DNA from: Anthoceros angustus
Lineage: Eukaryota; Plantae; Anthocerotophyta
Reading direction: 5' to 3'
Length of the DNA stretch: 64,000 nucleotides
Assembly (NCBI GenBank): GCA_010909165.1
Contig: MU008172.1
Span: forward strand, 434,001-498,000
The notes under the pieces are model-generated. The model saw only the letters and a program-made list of their open reading frames with translations, was not told the DNA's origin and did no database searches. Below are positions 38,871 through 50,627 of the stretch, one piece after another. The position numbers were made by a program, and so were the translations under genes. How positions within the stretch are numbered: the stretch's first letter is position 1; each line of letters opens with the position of its first letter.

Positions 38871-40199
38871 GGGCCACGATTTTAGGGGCCGCGACATCAT
38901 AGGTCCGGGGTTTTGGGGTTAGGGATAGGGTGTTCGAGAGCTCAGCCGAAGTTCATAGCCTAGATGTATAAGAGACCCTTTGAGTGTCTCTCTAATGCAT
39001 TTACTGTGAACTTCCGTATCGAATCCTCGCGGGTTGATTGGAGACGTCGTCGTCAAGACCGAACGGGTTCGGCACATCGCTTTCGCCACAAGAAGACCGG
39101 AAGATCTGGATGGTCGAGAGCGGAGTGGCCAAGCTCCACGTCTGGGACAAAGAATTGGTGAGGGGCGCCCGCTACCGAAAGGCGCAAGGTTGCTGCGGAA
39201 AGTCGGTGAGATCGCCGCTGAGTGAATCGCCTGGCACGACTGCCTCCTCCGCCTCCTCCTAGGAAGCCATCGAACGTGTTTAATTCTATGAGGGGGGTCC
39301 GTGGCCCGGGGTGAGGTCTATGTGGCCCGAGAAAGGGAAGAGAGGGGTATCCATGTGGGGAAAGGTTCTGGCGGTGAGCGTGCCGCTATAGGGGAGGGCG
39401 GGGAAAATGCGTGTGCGCTTTGAGAAAACGCGGAGTGATAGAAAGGGCAAAGCGAGTGGTGAGGTCAGTGAGGGTCGGCGCCAGAGCGAGACTGTGTATT
39501 CGGGTCGTGGTGCCTAATTCTCGAAGTTGAGGACTGACTTCGTGAGAGAATTAGAATAGGTGTGAGTCTAGGTGTGTGTGTAAGGCCATGACTCGAGACC
39601 TCGCCGGGAGCCGGGTGACAAGATCCTGCCAAGGCTCTGTGGTGGAGCCCGCCATGTTGGTTGAATCAACCATCGGTGGCGAACGCACTAACGCGTGGCC
39701 GAGACCTCCACGTGTCGGTAGGGTGGGTAAGGATCGGTTGTGGTAGGGCTAGGACCCATAGTTTAGAACATCTTGACACAAAACCATTCCCTTGGGATCA
39801 AATCCTAGGACTATAACTACATAGAGGGTAATGTGGCCTCTTTGCGCCTTTGGGACGCAAAAACCCCATTCCACATGCCCCTCGACGGACAAATGTTCGA
39901 TTTAAAATCGTCTCACTTCGTGGCCGTACGCGTGTCGACCTCCCTCGTGTGAGATCTTCCATGGCGAGATCATCCTCTAGATAACTAACTAGACACATGA
40001 AGTGGAGCGCACTATCTTTCGACTAGGTTGAGCATTACAAAATGCACACAATAAGCCCATGGTCCAAAAACACTACGTAATAATGTAAGGGCGGCATGGA
40101 AAATACTCGTTAGTATTATTGGGCTAGATTTGAGCAAACATATTGCTCTAGAGCTCTTCTTATCCATGATGGCTTGAGAAAGTAGTTATTAGTGAGACT

Positions 40200-40552
40200 G
40201 TATTCTTAGGATATTTTTGGCATATGCTAATGCCAATAGGATATCTTAGGAATATGTCGTTGCCAAGGGCTAGTGTATATAGACCCTTTCACAGAGGATA
40301 AGCTCAGATCATAGCTTGTCCTCTAAATATGCAATGCGAGAGTGTTGTAAGGAGGCCAAAGCTATGACTCCAAGAGCGATGTGTGAGGAATTTGCGTGTT
40401 GTTCTTGTGGGGAGAGTGTGTTTGTGCCACGACATGCGAGCTACTCTCTCCTATTGTTATTGGTTTGTACCTATACTTGCATATTAGATTTGTTTTGCTT
40501 GGTTGTCTGTTGAGGAAGTGCTTATATGAATGCAAATGCTTACCTCGTGCGA
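40200..40552 (+). repeat. Dispersed repeat R1 copy 3
   Basis: Homologous to 25285-25640. Confidence 0.8.
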
Positions 40553-41880
40553 TATGACCAATGTAGGAGGCCATGCAGCGTGCGAATGTTAACCAAGGGA
40601 CAATGATTGTGCACATGGAGCGGCAGGGCATAGACGCATCTCTTCCGCAGTCTTGGCCTAAAGTTGTAATGTCCTCTAGTTTTGTGTTCGATTATGGTAT
40701 TTCGATGAGAGCAATTGAAAGTTTGTTGGTCTCCTCTTCGATGTTTCGTATTGTGTGCATTTGCTTGCACCCTAGCTAGCTGCATGTGAAAATTAGCTCA
40801 CTTTGTTTCTGATCGTTAAACTCACTAGTGTTGATTGAAGGAAAGAAACGGGGGTGCCCTTGGACGATTGGTTTTGTGCCGATTGGCTTAGCAGTTTAAG
40901 ATGTGGGTGGTTTCAGGTATGTTATACCTCATTGGATGCAGAATTCTTAGGAGAATCCTTGTTCTAATTTTTCCAAAATTAAATTTCACTTATTTGGACC
41001 TAAAAAATCTTAAAAAGAGATTTCTATAAATTTTCATCCATCAAATAGCTCAAAAGGGACCGTGGTTGAGACAAATCTTGGCCTACTGGGGAAGTGAGGA
41101 TATAACATCCTCAAGGTAATTAGCAACGTCCTCGAACATGTCCACATCATATTGTAGCAACGAGCCATAAAGTGCTGCAAGAGGATCGGAAGTATGTTAA
41201 GCACCTCATCTCGGCCCTTATACACACCATACGTGCGGAGTTCCGATGTAGGAATGTCTCTTTACCACACATACACTGCGACGTAAACCTCACCGATCTT
41301 TGATCTATTATTGGCTTTTGAGCGGGGTGCAGGGGCATCGCCGGACACAGGCGGTTGGCAGTAAACGTGTTATTATAATCTAACGCATAAAGGCAAGGCA
41401 GGAGGGAGAGATGATGGAAGAGAGAAGATGGGCAGAGAACACCACGGGCATGTCAGTGGGCCCCACACCTGGCCAGCTAATTCTACGCTTTGTTCTTGAC
41501 CCGCCCGGGACTGCCGGACAACGAGGGCCCATTTCGGTGAATTAGACGCGTTGTGTGCCTGGTCTCGACACCACCTTTATCTTGAATTGACGAGGATCTT
41601 CCTTTTCCTTTTGAACCCGCCGGTTTATTGATTGAACAAGGGGGTGTATTAGATAAAAGACTCTGGAAGGTGTCGGTCGGGGACCGACCAATACAGGTTA
41701 GTATGTTCCACGGGACTTGTAACATACGGCAGTAAGGACATGAAGGTTCCACACATCATGTGCTTTCCCTCACATAGGGTACGTTTCACAAGGAAGTGTT
41801 TGCTCTGCAATCTAAGACAGCTTAGTTATCACCTGAGATCCACGTTGCTTCTACTGGTCTGTACAAAGCAAATAGGTACG

Positions 41881-44800
41881 CTATAGAGGGGTGATATTTA
41901 GCCTGTTTGTGACACAGTGAGACTGCCTTTCAGCTACCCGGTGTGCCGTTTCACTCAACCAAGTTCTTTCCGAGAGACCCAATACAAGAGGAGGCTTCAG
42001 AGGTAGTGAGGGTGCCTCTTCTCTAAGGAAGTGGAGGAGGGTGGCAGCTTTGGCATACGACACTGATGCCTTGGTGCTGTTCCCCAGCACATCATGAACC
42101 TGTTACAACAGATGCCATGTGAAGATTTAGTGAAGAGCGGGGTATCATGTGTGGGCTTGTGTGGCATTAGCATATCTCAACTTACTGCTGCATTTCGACC
42201 GGCGGTTACCGCCGCTTGGAAGATAAGTTCCACAGCATCTGGCATGCGGTCACCACCTGCACAGTTAGCAGACAGCCCATCAATATATTTGCACAACCCT
42301 ACAAGCAACAGCAGACCGATTAAGCGAGCCAAAGGCCGTTGTCTCTCAATACCATCGATACCACTCAGGTGTGTGGCAAGAGCTTCCCCTCGCTCACAAG
42401 CTGCTACATACTCTTGCTCCACGACTGAACAAGTCTCCTGTTGGTCATCTATATTGATGCCTTCCAGATCAGGGCTCCCAACATCCTCGGGCACCTCAAA
42501 CTGTCTTCCCTCAGCAGCCCAAGTATAGCATATGTGTAATGCTTGCTTCCAAATGGATAAGCAAACAAGATGGATCGAGAAAGCTGCGAGGGGTTGCCCT
42601 GCATGGAACTGACAGCACCTCACCTCAACAACACCATCAAGCCTCAGGGGACAAGACGTAGTGACAAGGATGGCAGATGTATAATTAATACCTGTTCTGT
42701 GGCCAACTCTGCAATAACTCCAGCACATCGCTTTAGGGAAGCCAACCTTTGAGGTGGATATGTTCTGGTTTCAATCTGCCTTGCTTGAGGAGAAACAGTG
42801 GCCGGAGGGAAAGCCTGGTTGAAAACGCTACTCCCAGGTTTTTCTCGCGGACTTGCAGATCCAGGAACCCTGACACATGAAAAGTTGGCTTGTGACGAGC
42901 CCTCCCCTTTACTCAGGCATCTGTCCCCTCCAGATAGGCTCAGTATCATTTCGTTTGTTGCCATCGGCGGATTTACCAAAACATACTCACGTTCAATAGA
43001 CTCCATGGAATCCATTAGAGTACCTGTATGGCAAACTTGACACATGTCAGGACAATTTTTTGCCCACCGCATACAAAAAAATTCAACTGCACAAAGGCAC
43101 TGCTCATTACCTCCTCTAGACGTGCCTCCAGACAGATAGCCATCTTCTCCATCCCTTACTGAACTACGGTGACCAGTTGAAACTCCTGGTTGCCAGATCT
43201 CTACAGCCAGAGATCTATTTCTGCTGCTGCTAGTAGGAAGGTGTTTGTCTGGAGACCAAGAACCTGATCTTCGACGAGAATCAACTGCTGTAGTGCCCTG
43301 TTTGTTCACATATGTCCTTTCGCCCGAAATGGTTGCATTCTGCACCGAGTATGGAAATGCATCTACACAGCTTGGTTGCTTCACCACTGTAGTTGATGGT
43401 GCTGTCTTTGGAAAATGACCAACATCATTCACAAAGGAAGGTAGGCTATCAGATTTGTGAGCTTTAAAAGCTACGACTGGAGCCCTGGCAACTTGTTCAC
43501 CGACTTCCTCAACCCTATGATAAGAACCACAAACAGTTAGAAATTAACTTAGCTGACAACATCTGAGTGAAAGAGGCAGGAATCAGGGTTAGAGGTGAAC
43601 CTCTCCGCCCGCATAAAAGGGTGGTTAAAAAATTCCTCAAAAGAAAGGCGCTCCACTGGAAGACAACAGAAGGCAAACACCCAGTTTGTAGAATGGCAAT
43701 GCAGGAAGAACATCAAAGTCAAATCTGAATGACGAACCTACCAGGATTTTGGCACAGCAACTTGCGGCACAGGTCAATGCAATCAGGATGGAACTCCTTC
43801 ACGAGATTTTCTGGGAAGAGTAACTTTGAATTTTTTATGTTTTTCATCAGCTGCAAAAGCATCCAAGAAGGATCGATGACTTAAGTTACAAACCACTGGA
43901 TTCCAGCCCATGTCTAACAACAAAACTCTCAGCAATCAGCAAGGAAACTACTACTTTTTGCAAGGAAACTGCCTGTATGAAAGTCGTGAAGCTGTCATTC
44001 ATCACATCCCGCTTGTACTTTACCTCCAGGAAAGAGGCAGCAGGAAACGGTGGGCGTCCAGTCATCAAATGAAATAGAATCGCCCCTACACTCCAAAGGT
44101 CTGCCTGCAAGAGACATGGGCAACAAACTAAGATGGCAAAGGGCACAAAAGTTGAATTCAAATGGCCGTCACTCTTCATATGCGTCACTTGATTTGGCTG
44201 CATGGTTCAAAGAGTAGAAGACATGAGGAGGACAGAATCCTAGCCTGCCTACAAAAATACCTTGGCGTCATACTTCTGATGCTGCAAAATTTCCGGTGCC
44301 ATGTACAAAGGTGACCCACAATGGGTCTCAGCTAAGCCTTGAGGCTGTAACGACCTGCAAACCACATTATGCAATTAGCTAGATGAAGAGTACATTAGAT
44401 GATCAAAAGCACACAACATAAACAAGAGCTATGAAGTGTCAACATCGTCTGAATCTGGACAACACTCCCACCTGGCAAATCCAAAGTCAGCTATTTTCAG
44501 CACAGCATCGTCATCATTGCTTGTCAAAAGAAGGTTCTGCACAAGAGTGCAAGTTAATTTCTGTACAGAGTACAAGCCCACCAATCCCTAATCACACACG
44601 CTCAGGTTTCCAAACGTACTCACGGCCCACAGATATACCAACATTCACCAAGGTACAAAGTCAAGGCATCTGACGCAGAAATAGCTGGGTTGCACACCTG
44701 AGGCTTCAGATCTCTGTGGATCAGGTTCTTAGCTCTAAGAACCTGCAAACCGGCACCTGAGAAGCACCTTCAACCATAAGTAGTTTGATAACCCATACAT

Positions 44801-45403
44801 GGCACAGAGATGATCCCACTGTCGAGACTTCTACGTTTCGGACCTGCTCCATTCCACACAGCAACAACTGATCGAAAACGGTAGCACAGACAAAACTTCA
44901 CCAACCTAATTGCTTCATAATGTTTCTGACAACGGTCTGCGAAAACTTTTTCCGATCGATGTGTCGAGCAAGGTCACCCCCAGCACAGTATTCCAACACT
45001 AAGTAAATCCGGTCGGCGGCCTGAAGCACGTCAACCACAAAGGTGCCGTCAGCATGAGCTGCAAACAAGAGCCAAATTCCAACACTCTGGAGGATTTTCC
45101 ATGCATATCCTAGTGCCCTCTGCTCCACACGACCATAATCAACAGTGAGAGATTGGGACTCACGTGAATAGTATCGTGCAAACGGACGATGTTAGGATTA
45201 GTAATCTTCTCGAGAATCTGAATTTCCGACATGAGACTCTGCTTCAGTTTCACATCAAGACTGTCGGTTTTGATCTCCTTGATGGCTACCACATCTCCGG
45301 TCGTCATGTGCTGAGCTTTCCACACCTGAGCAAAGGAGCCAGCCCCTATCTTATCTATCAGCCAGTACTGGCCTACGGTCATCTTTCGTGAATCATCTGC
45401 CAT
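41881..45403 (-). CDS. ATG1: Autophagy serine/threonine kinase ATG1
   Basis: [114 protein letters not shown] and C-terminal MIT-like [12 protein letters not shown]...[11 protein letters not shown]. Multiple GT-AG introns. Confidence 0.95.
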
Positions 45404-45967
45404 GGCTCCCTCTGTCCGGGGCGCAGACAACCTGGGCAAGGAACAAGGCTGCTTCAACAGAGGTAGGGAGAGCGACCACAATGACGTCCGCAATTGCTTG
45501 AAACAGTGATGCGATGATCAGGAAATCGGGTCCTCGGTCACAGCTCGAGGCAGGATCCGCAGCTCCCAAGCCTTCTTCACAAAAATAATAGCTTGAGGAA
45601 CGAAGAGAGCTCGCATCCACCAGATAGTATAACCCATACAGCCCACATCCCACGTTGGAGGCTCTGTCCAATCTATATACAAGACAGCCAGAAGAAAGAT
45701 GATAATAGAAGCCGGGCGTCGCAAGCCACGGACACCACCGTGGAGCGTAACGTAAACCGAAGAACTGCGCTTGCTACAGGCTTACTTTACTACCTATACA
45801 ATATGTACATATTACCATGCATCAGCCATAGATACATATGTAGTAGTAGGGTGAAGCGAGAAGTGAACGGCTTGGTGTCTTGCATTCGGATTTGGTATTG
45901 TCCTTGCTTGGGTTAACACTTTTCCTTCCGTGTTGGAGCGAATGCTGTTTGATCGGATACAGCACGC

Positions 45968-48290
45968 ATGGCCTGCATTCCGGTTTGGGCTCCCGCGCTG
46001 TCGTCGCTGCCTAGCAGACATGGTTTCGCCAGCTTCTCGGCTCTGGCCTCCCCGTCTGCGCCTTCATTCCCGGCCAGCTTGAGTGCAACGGGCCCTTCTC
46101 CGCCAACTCAGGTTTGGCACGCAACTCTTTGTCCTTCTCTCCCGCTGCACACGTGTGATGCGTTCAACTGGGGTCCCTCGATCCCAGCTTGCGTCATCAG
46201 CTGTGTTCGTTGCGATAAGAGCAGCACAGCAAGCAGTAATATGTTAGCATCACGTCTGTCTGGATGCCGGGCCCTTGCGGGTGTTTTGGCTTCCAGGATT
46301 TTGTGTGCTGGACTTGACCGTTTTCCGGGAAAACATCTTATTTTCCGCAGGGAAAACGTTCGAAAACCTGGGGTCTCATGGCCCCGGCTGGAGTCTGGAG
46401 TGAGTCAATGTGGCCTCGTAGGAGACAGCATGGTACAATGTGCTCAGTTGCCAAATCGGCGACTCCGCAGACAGGCACCGATCAGTTTTTGGTATGACAC
46501 ACTTACCAGGTCCATGGATGGGCACGCAATTCATTGGTATCTGTCTTATTACTTGGGCGCAGTAGGGTTTGCTGCAGTGTGTGTCCAGAGTTTGATCGTT
46601 ATTGGCGGGTTTTCAGGTCTTTGTGCCGCCACACCCCCTTATAAAGCACTGGATTTCTGTGCTACGGAATGAGTACACTCCAAGTCCCATGTTCAGTAAG
46701 TCCCGGTCTACGGGGTCATGGTTGGTTTGCGCCAACAGCTTCTGAATCAAATTTGCCCGACCTGTGATTCTGAGTTTCCTGTTACACACAGGACCTGTGT
46801 AGTCGTGATGTGGTGAGTTTCTTTTTCTGCAGGAAGTGCGTTGGCAGAGCTTGGGAGGTTGCTGATATATGAAGCGTCTAGAGACTGGCTTGTAAGATTG
46901 CAGGCAGAAATTACAGTCAGGATGTACTGAGCATCTTGTTTTCCAGTTCCCGGCTCGTCTCTCACTACGCTTTTCACAGGTCACAGTTAGTGGTGAAATA
47001 CAGACCCCGCTTGGTGTGGCTAATGTCGAGTTCATTGACCCAAGGGAGCCTGTGAAGGTGATCATGTGTGCGGGTTTTTTGTCCATTGTGTCTCTAGTTT
47101 TTGCTTTCCAACCATGGTTGGACCATTCTATTCTGAGTTATCTCTTTGTTTCCGATTCGCTGTCTATGAAACCATCGTAGTGCAGGTCATTCCAATTTTG
47201 AGAGCCGGTCTTGTACTTGTCGAGCTGATGTCTTCTGTGTTGCCCTCAACTCAGACCTACCACTTAGGTCTAGTCACCGAGCACCTCTGATTTATAGTAA
47301 GCCACTTGCAGATGAAACGGAAAGTGTGGCACATGAGTGTAGAAATGAACTGGTACGATGCGGGTATCCTGTAAGCCCAAATCTGATAGGTTATTATCTG
47401 TTGAATCGTTCTCAGGATATGCGCGGGATGAAGTAACCCTGCAACCAACCTGCTACCTGAACAAGTATGGTCAAATTCCAGGGCTTTATTTCTTTCTAGG
47501 TTACTGGGCTTCCGATGGTTGTCTCATATTTGTCTTGACGGCACGGTCTTAGAGCAGGGCATAGTATGTTGGGAAAGTCTTCAGAAATCCCCTAGGTGCA
47601 TCATGCACTTACATATCTCAGTATCTGCGTGCAGGCTGCCAGATACATTTTCTGAAGGCTCTCGTGTGCTTATTACAGATCCCATGCTTGCCACAGGTAA
47701 TTCCTGCTTTCTCCTATTTAGTCCAGGGGTAGTGTAGTTGAGGAGCGAGAGGAGCAAGAACTGATGTCGAGGTTGGTATTCCAGGGGGCACAATGGTAGC
47801 TGCCATAGAGGAGCTGAAGAGCCGTGGTGTGGATCACAAGCTTATTCGTGTGGTATGTATGTTTTTTCGATGTAGCTATGGCTGTTTGAGTGCGTTGTGA
47901 GAGATGACAACAACCGTCCCTTGTATATCTGGTGTTGCAGATTTCTGCCGTGGCTGCACCTCCAGCACTTACGAAACTAAGCGAAAAATTTCCAGGGTTG
48001 GTTAGGGGCCACTGTGATTCTTGATTTGTTGTCGCTTCCCTGTACGCGTGGGAGCAAGCAACTGAAGTACTTGGCTGTCCTTTTTTTTGTCAATATAGGC
48101 TGCGCGTGTACACTGGCATCATCGACCCAGAGCTAAACGACCAAGGGTACGATTTGGTTGGAAGACCTCTTCATGAATCTTGAACCTCCAGACGCAATCA
48201 GAGCTGTTGGTAACTTGAGCATGGGTTTGTTTATGCAGATTCATCTTGCCTGGGCTTGGAGACGCTGGAGATCGTAGCTTCGGTACATGA
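45968..48290 (+). CDS. UPP: Uracil phosphoribosyltransferase with Ser/Ala-rich transit peptide-like N-terminus
   Basis: Exons encode VFVPPHPLIKHWISVLRNE, SALAELGRLLIYEASRDWL, VIPILRAGL, DPMLATGGT and FILPGLGDAGDRSFGT*. Confidence 0.95.
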
Positions 48291-48648
48291 TATCCTCATT
48301 GTGGATGAAGCATAGTCTACAATTATACATTCAGACCTCGAGAAGTGATCATGCGTTTACTTCATCTCGGGGACGAAAAAGTGTCAATCTCCGAGCTTCA
48401 CTCGATTGGCCAATTTTATCGACTGAGAAATTTCCTGTTCCTTGTTGCCATCTTAGCGGGCATAATTCTGGCAGTTATGCTGTCCTTCCCGAGGCCGAGA
48501 AGTGTGGGACTAGCGGCCCGCTGGCATGGACGGCCTCCTGATCGTCGCAGCGCGCTGTGACCCGGGAAACGCGGAGGAACCTGTGCAGGTGACCTCGTTC
48601 TCTGCACATTGTGGCCTAATGATGTGTCGCGATCCGTGCCGCCACTCG

Positions 48649-49227
48649 TCAAACCAGGGAACCCAAGTGAGCGCTAGGGTTTTGTGGTGAAGGTGCCAAG
48701 TGGTGGTGGCTCGAAGGTGAAGAAGCCTCCTCATTTGGAGGCAGCGCCCGCTCTGTTTCCGATGTGGCCGTTGGCTCGTGGTAGATTCGCAGCACAGCTC
48801 TGCCCGCGCCGGCGATGGTAACTACCTGATTCACGCTCGCCATGGCCGTTTCTACCGCAACAAATGTCTCCACGTTCCCTTGCATGCTCCCTCCATGCCG
48901 GCAGCCGAGGGCCTTACTGCAGTCATGAGAGGCAGTTGCGGCTGCCTCTCTCCAGACATCGCCTTCTTCCACTTCCATGTCACCGCCATCTTCACGCCTT
49001 CCTCCGTGTCCGCCAGCGGGGCCCCGGCAGTATGGACATCTTGCCCGCTCCTTCCCTTTCCCCCGCCGCATGAACCATTTCACCGCGCATTGAACGTGGA
49101 ATGCGTGGCCGCACTCCCGCAACCTCGTCCACCGCTTCGCTGCCAACACCTCGCGGCAAAGCAGGCACTCGCCGAAGCTCTCGAACACCTCTCTCACAAG
49201 CGCCTCCCTCTCTCGCGGCCCGGCCAT
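48649..49227 (-). CDS. Intronless RING-H2 finger protein (putative E3 ligase) 1
   Basis: CLLC-x14-CGHAFHVQC..W...CPYC. First in-frame ATG at 49227 (the ORF track start is a GTG). Confidence 0.8.
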   Translation of the reverse strand: MAGPREREALVREVFESFGECLLCREVLAAKRWTRLRECGHAFHVQCAVKWFMRRGKGKERARCPYCRGPAGGHGGRREDGGDMEVEEGDVWREAAATASHDCSKALGCRHGGSMQGNVETFVAVETAMASVNQVVTIAGAGRAVLRIYHEPTATSETERALPPNEEASSPSSHHHLAPSPQNPSAHLGSLV

Positions 49228-49378
49228 GCATGCATCCAGCAAGTCACCATCCACTCACTAAACTGATTCTAACGTGCTGACCTCTTAACCTCAACATCGT
49301 CCACTCGCTACCTGTACATTAAACTCCTCACGCTCATCTCGTTTGCCACCATCACCGCCGCGTTCATGATTACCACGA

Positions 49379-49825
49379 TTAGCGGCGTTCTTGTAAAAAA
49401 TTCACAAAATCCGACACTCTAACAAACAACTGTGACAATGGATTGACACTTGCGGCAGAAGCCTCATCCACTGCCACAGATTTCCCATGCACTTTACTTT
49501 CTTCCTCCTCTTCCACTTGCGTATGCACCTTGTTATGCCTGCCTATGTGAGGGCTCCTTGTTAGTTTTGCAAGCCCTACCCTAGACCTGGCAAATGGTAC
49601 ATCATCTCCACGGGGGGTTGTTGCTATTGCTGCTATTCTACAAGCTGGGCAAATTAAATAATATGCCTGCTCCGATCCTTCAGCAACATACCACTTCACT
49701 ATGCACCTCATATGGAAGGCGTGAGAGCAATCTCCAATCCTTGCCCATAAAGCACTATCCAAATCTTCATGGCAAATGGGACAAATCTCTACATGATCGT
49801 AGAGCGCACGCTGCATGCCTGCCAT
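49379..49825 (-). CDS. Intronless RING-H2 finger protein 2
   Basis: CPIC-x14-CSHAFHMRC..W...CPAC. First in-frame ATG at 49825. Confidence 0.8.
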   Translation of the reverse strand: MAGMQRALYDHVEICPICHEDLDSALWARIGDCSHAFHMRCIVKWYVAEGSEQAYYLICPACRIAAIATTPRGDDVPFARSRVGLAKLTRSPHIGRHNKVHTQVEEEEESKVHGKSVAVDEASAASVNPLSQLFVRVSDFVNFLQERR

Positions 49826-50627
49826 GTTATCGCATAAACACGCACAACATTCCACTTCGGTAACCAGAACAAGATACGATAAAAAAAACCCACACCTATA
49901 TACATGTGTGGGTAGTACCGTACACGAAAACCTACCAATTACGTATTGAATCTTATTGGTTTAAAGTTGTCTGGTCAATATTCAACCAAGCCCAGCCGGA
50001 ATAGGAAAGCGCAAAATGCAAAACGCAAAACGCAAAACGGAGCACCTAACCAAGTACATTGCTAGGCAGTAGAATGAGACAATTAGGAGGCATAAAAGTG
50101 GACCGTCCTAGGCGCGTGAGCTCCATCAACTTTTCTTGAGGGAGAAAGAGAAAAGTTGTTTTGACAGCAGCGGCCGTTTCCCGAGCTGCGGACACTTGCT
50201 CGGCGGGTGTGTCGAGAGCTCTTGTTGGACGGGCCGGGCCGATGGAGCCACCGCGAGTGAGAGGCCCAGCCTGTCCGCAAGGAGCCTGTCCGCAATTTCC
50301 TTCCCTTTCCTTCCCCTCCCACCGCCAGCTTGGAGAGTTCGTCCACAGGATAGCTGCTTGAAAGTTCCGATTGCCACCAACCTCGCCGCGTCGGAAGCGA
50401 CCGCAGCTACCGCGTGTGGAAGCAACGCGCGCCATCTGGTGCCGGCTGTCCGCTGAGTGCTGCCTTCCTTTCATCATCGCTCCACTCCCGGGCCCTGTGC
50501 GTGCAGATGGACGTCACCTCCAGCTCCGCTCGCGGCTTCCACTCCGATTTCAACTCCAATTTCAATTCGAGGTGAGCGAGGAATTCGGGCAGTGAGCGGA
50601 GAGGAGGAGACGAGACGAGAGGCAGCC

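Larger units (their letters stand above)
30165..39843 (+). repeat. Tandem segmental duplication: unit 1 30165-35060 (4896 bp), unit 2 35061-39834 (4774 bp)
   Basis: Sequence at 35061 restarts the sequence at 30165. GGCCTCTTT occurs at 30165, 35061 and 39835. The units are collinear throughout. Confidence 0.93.
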
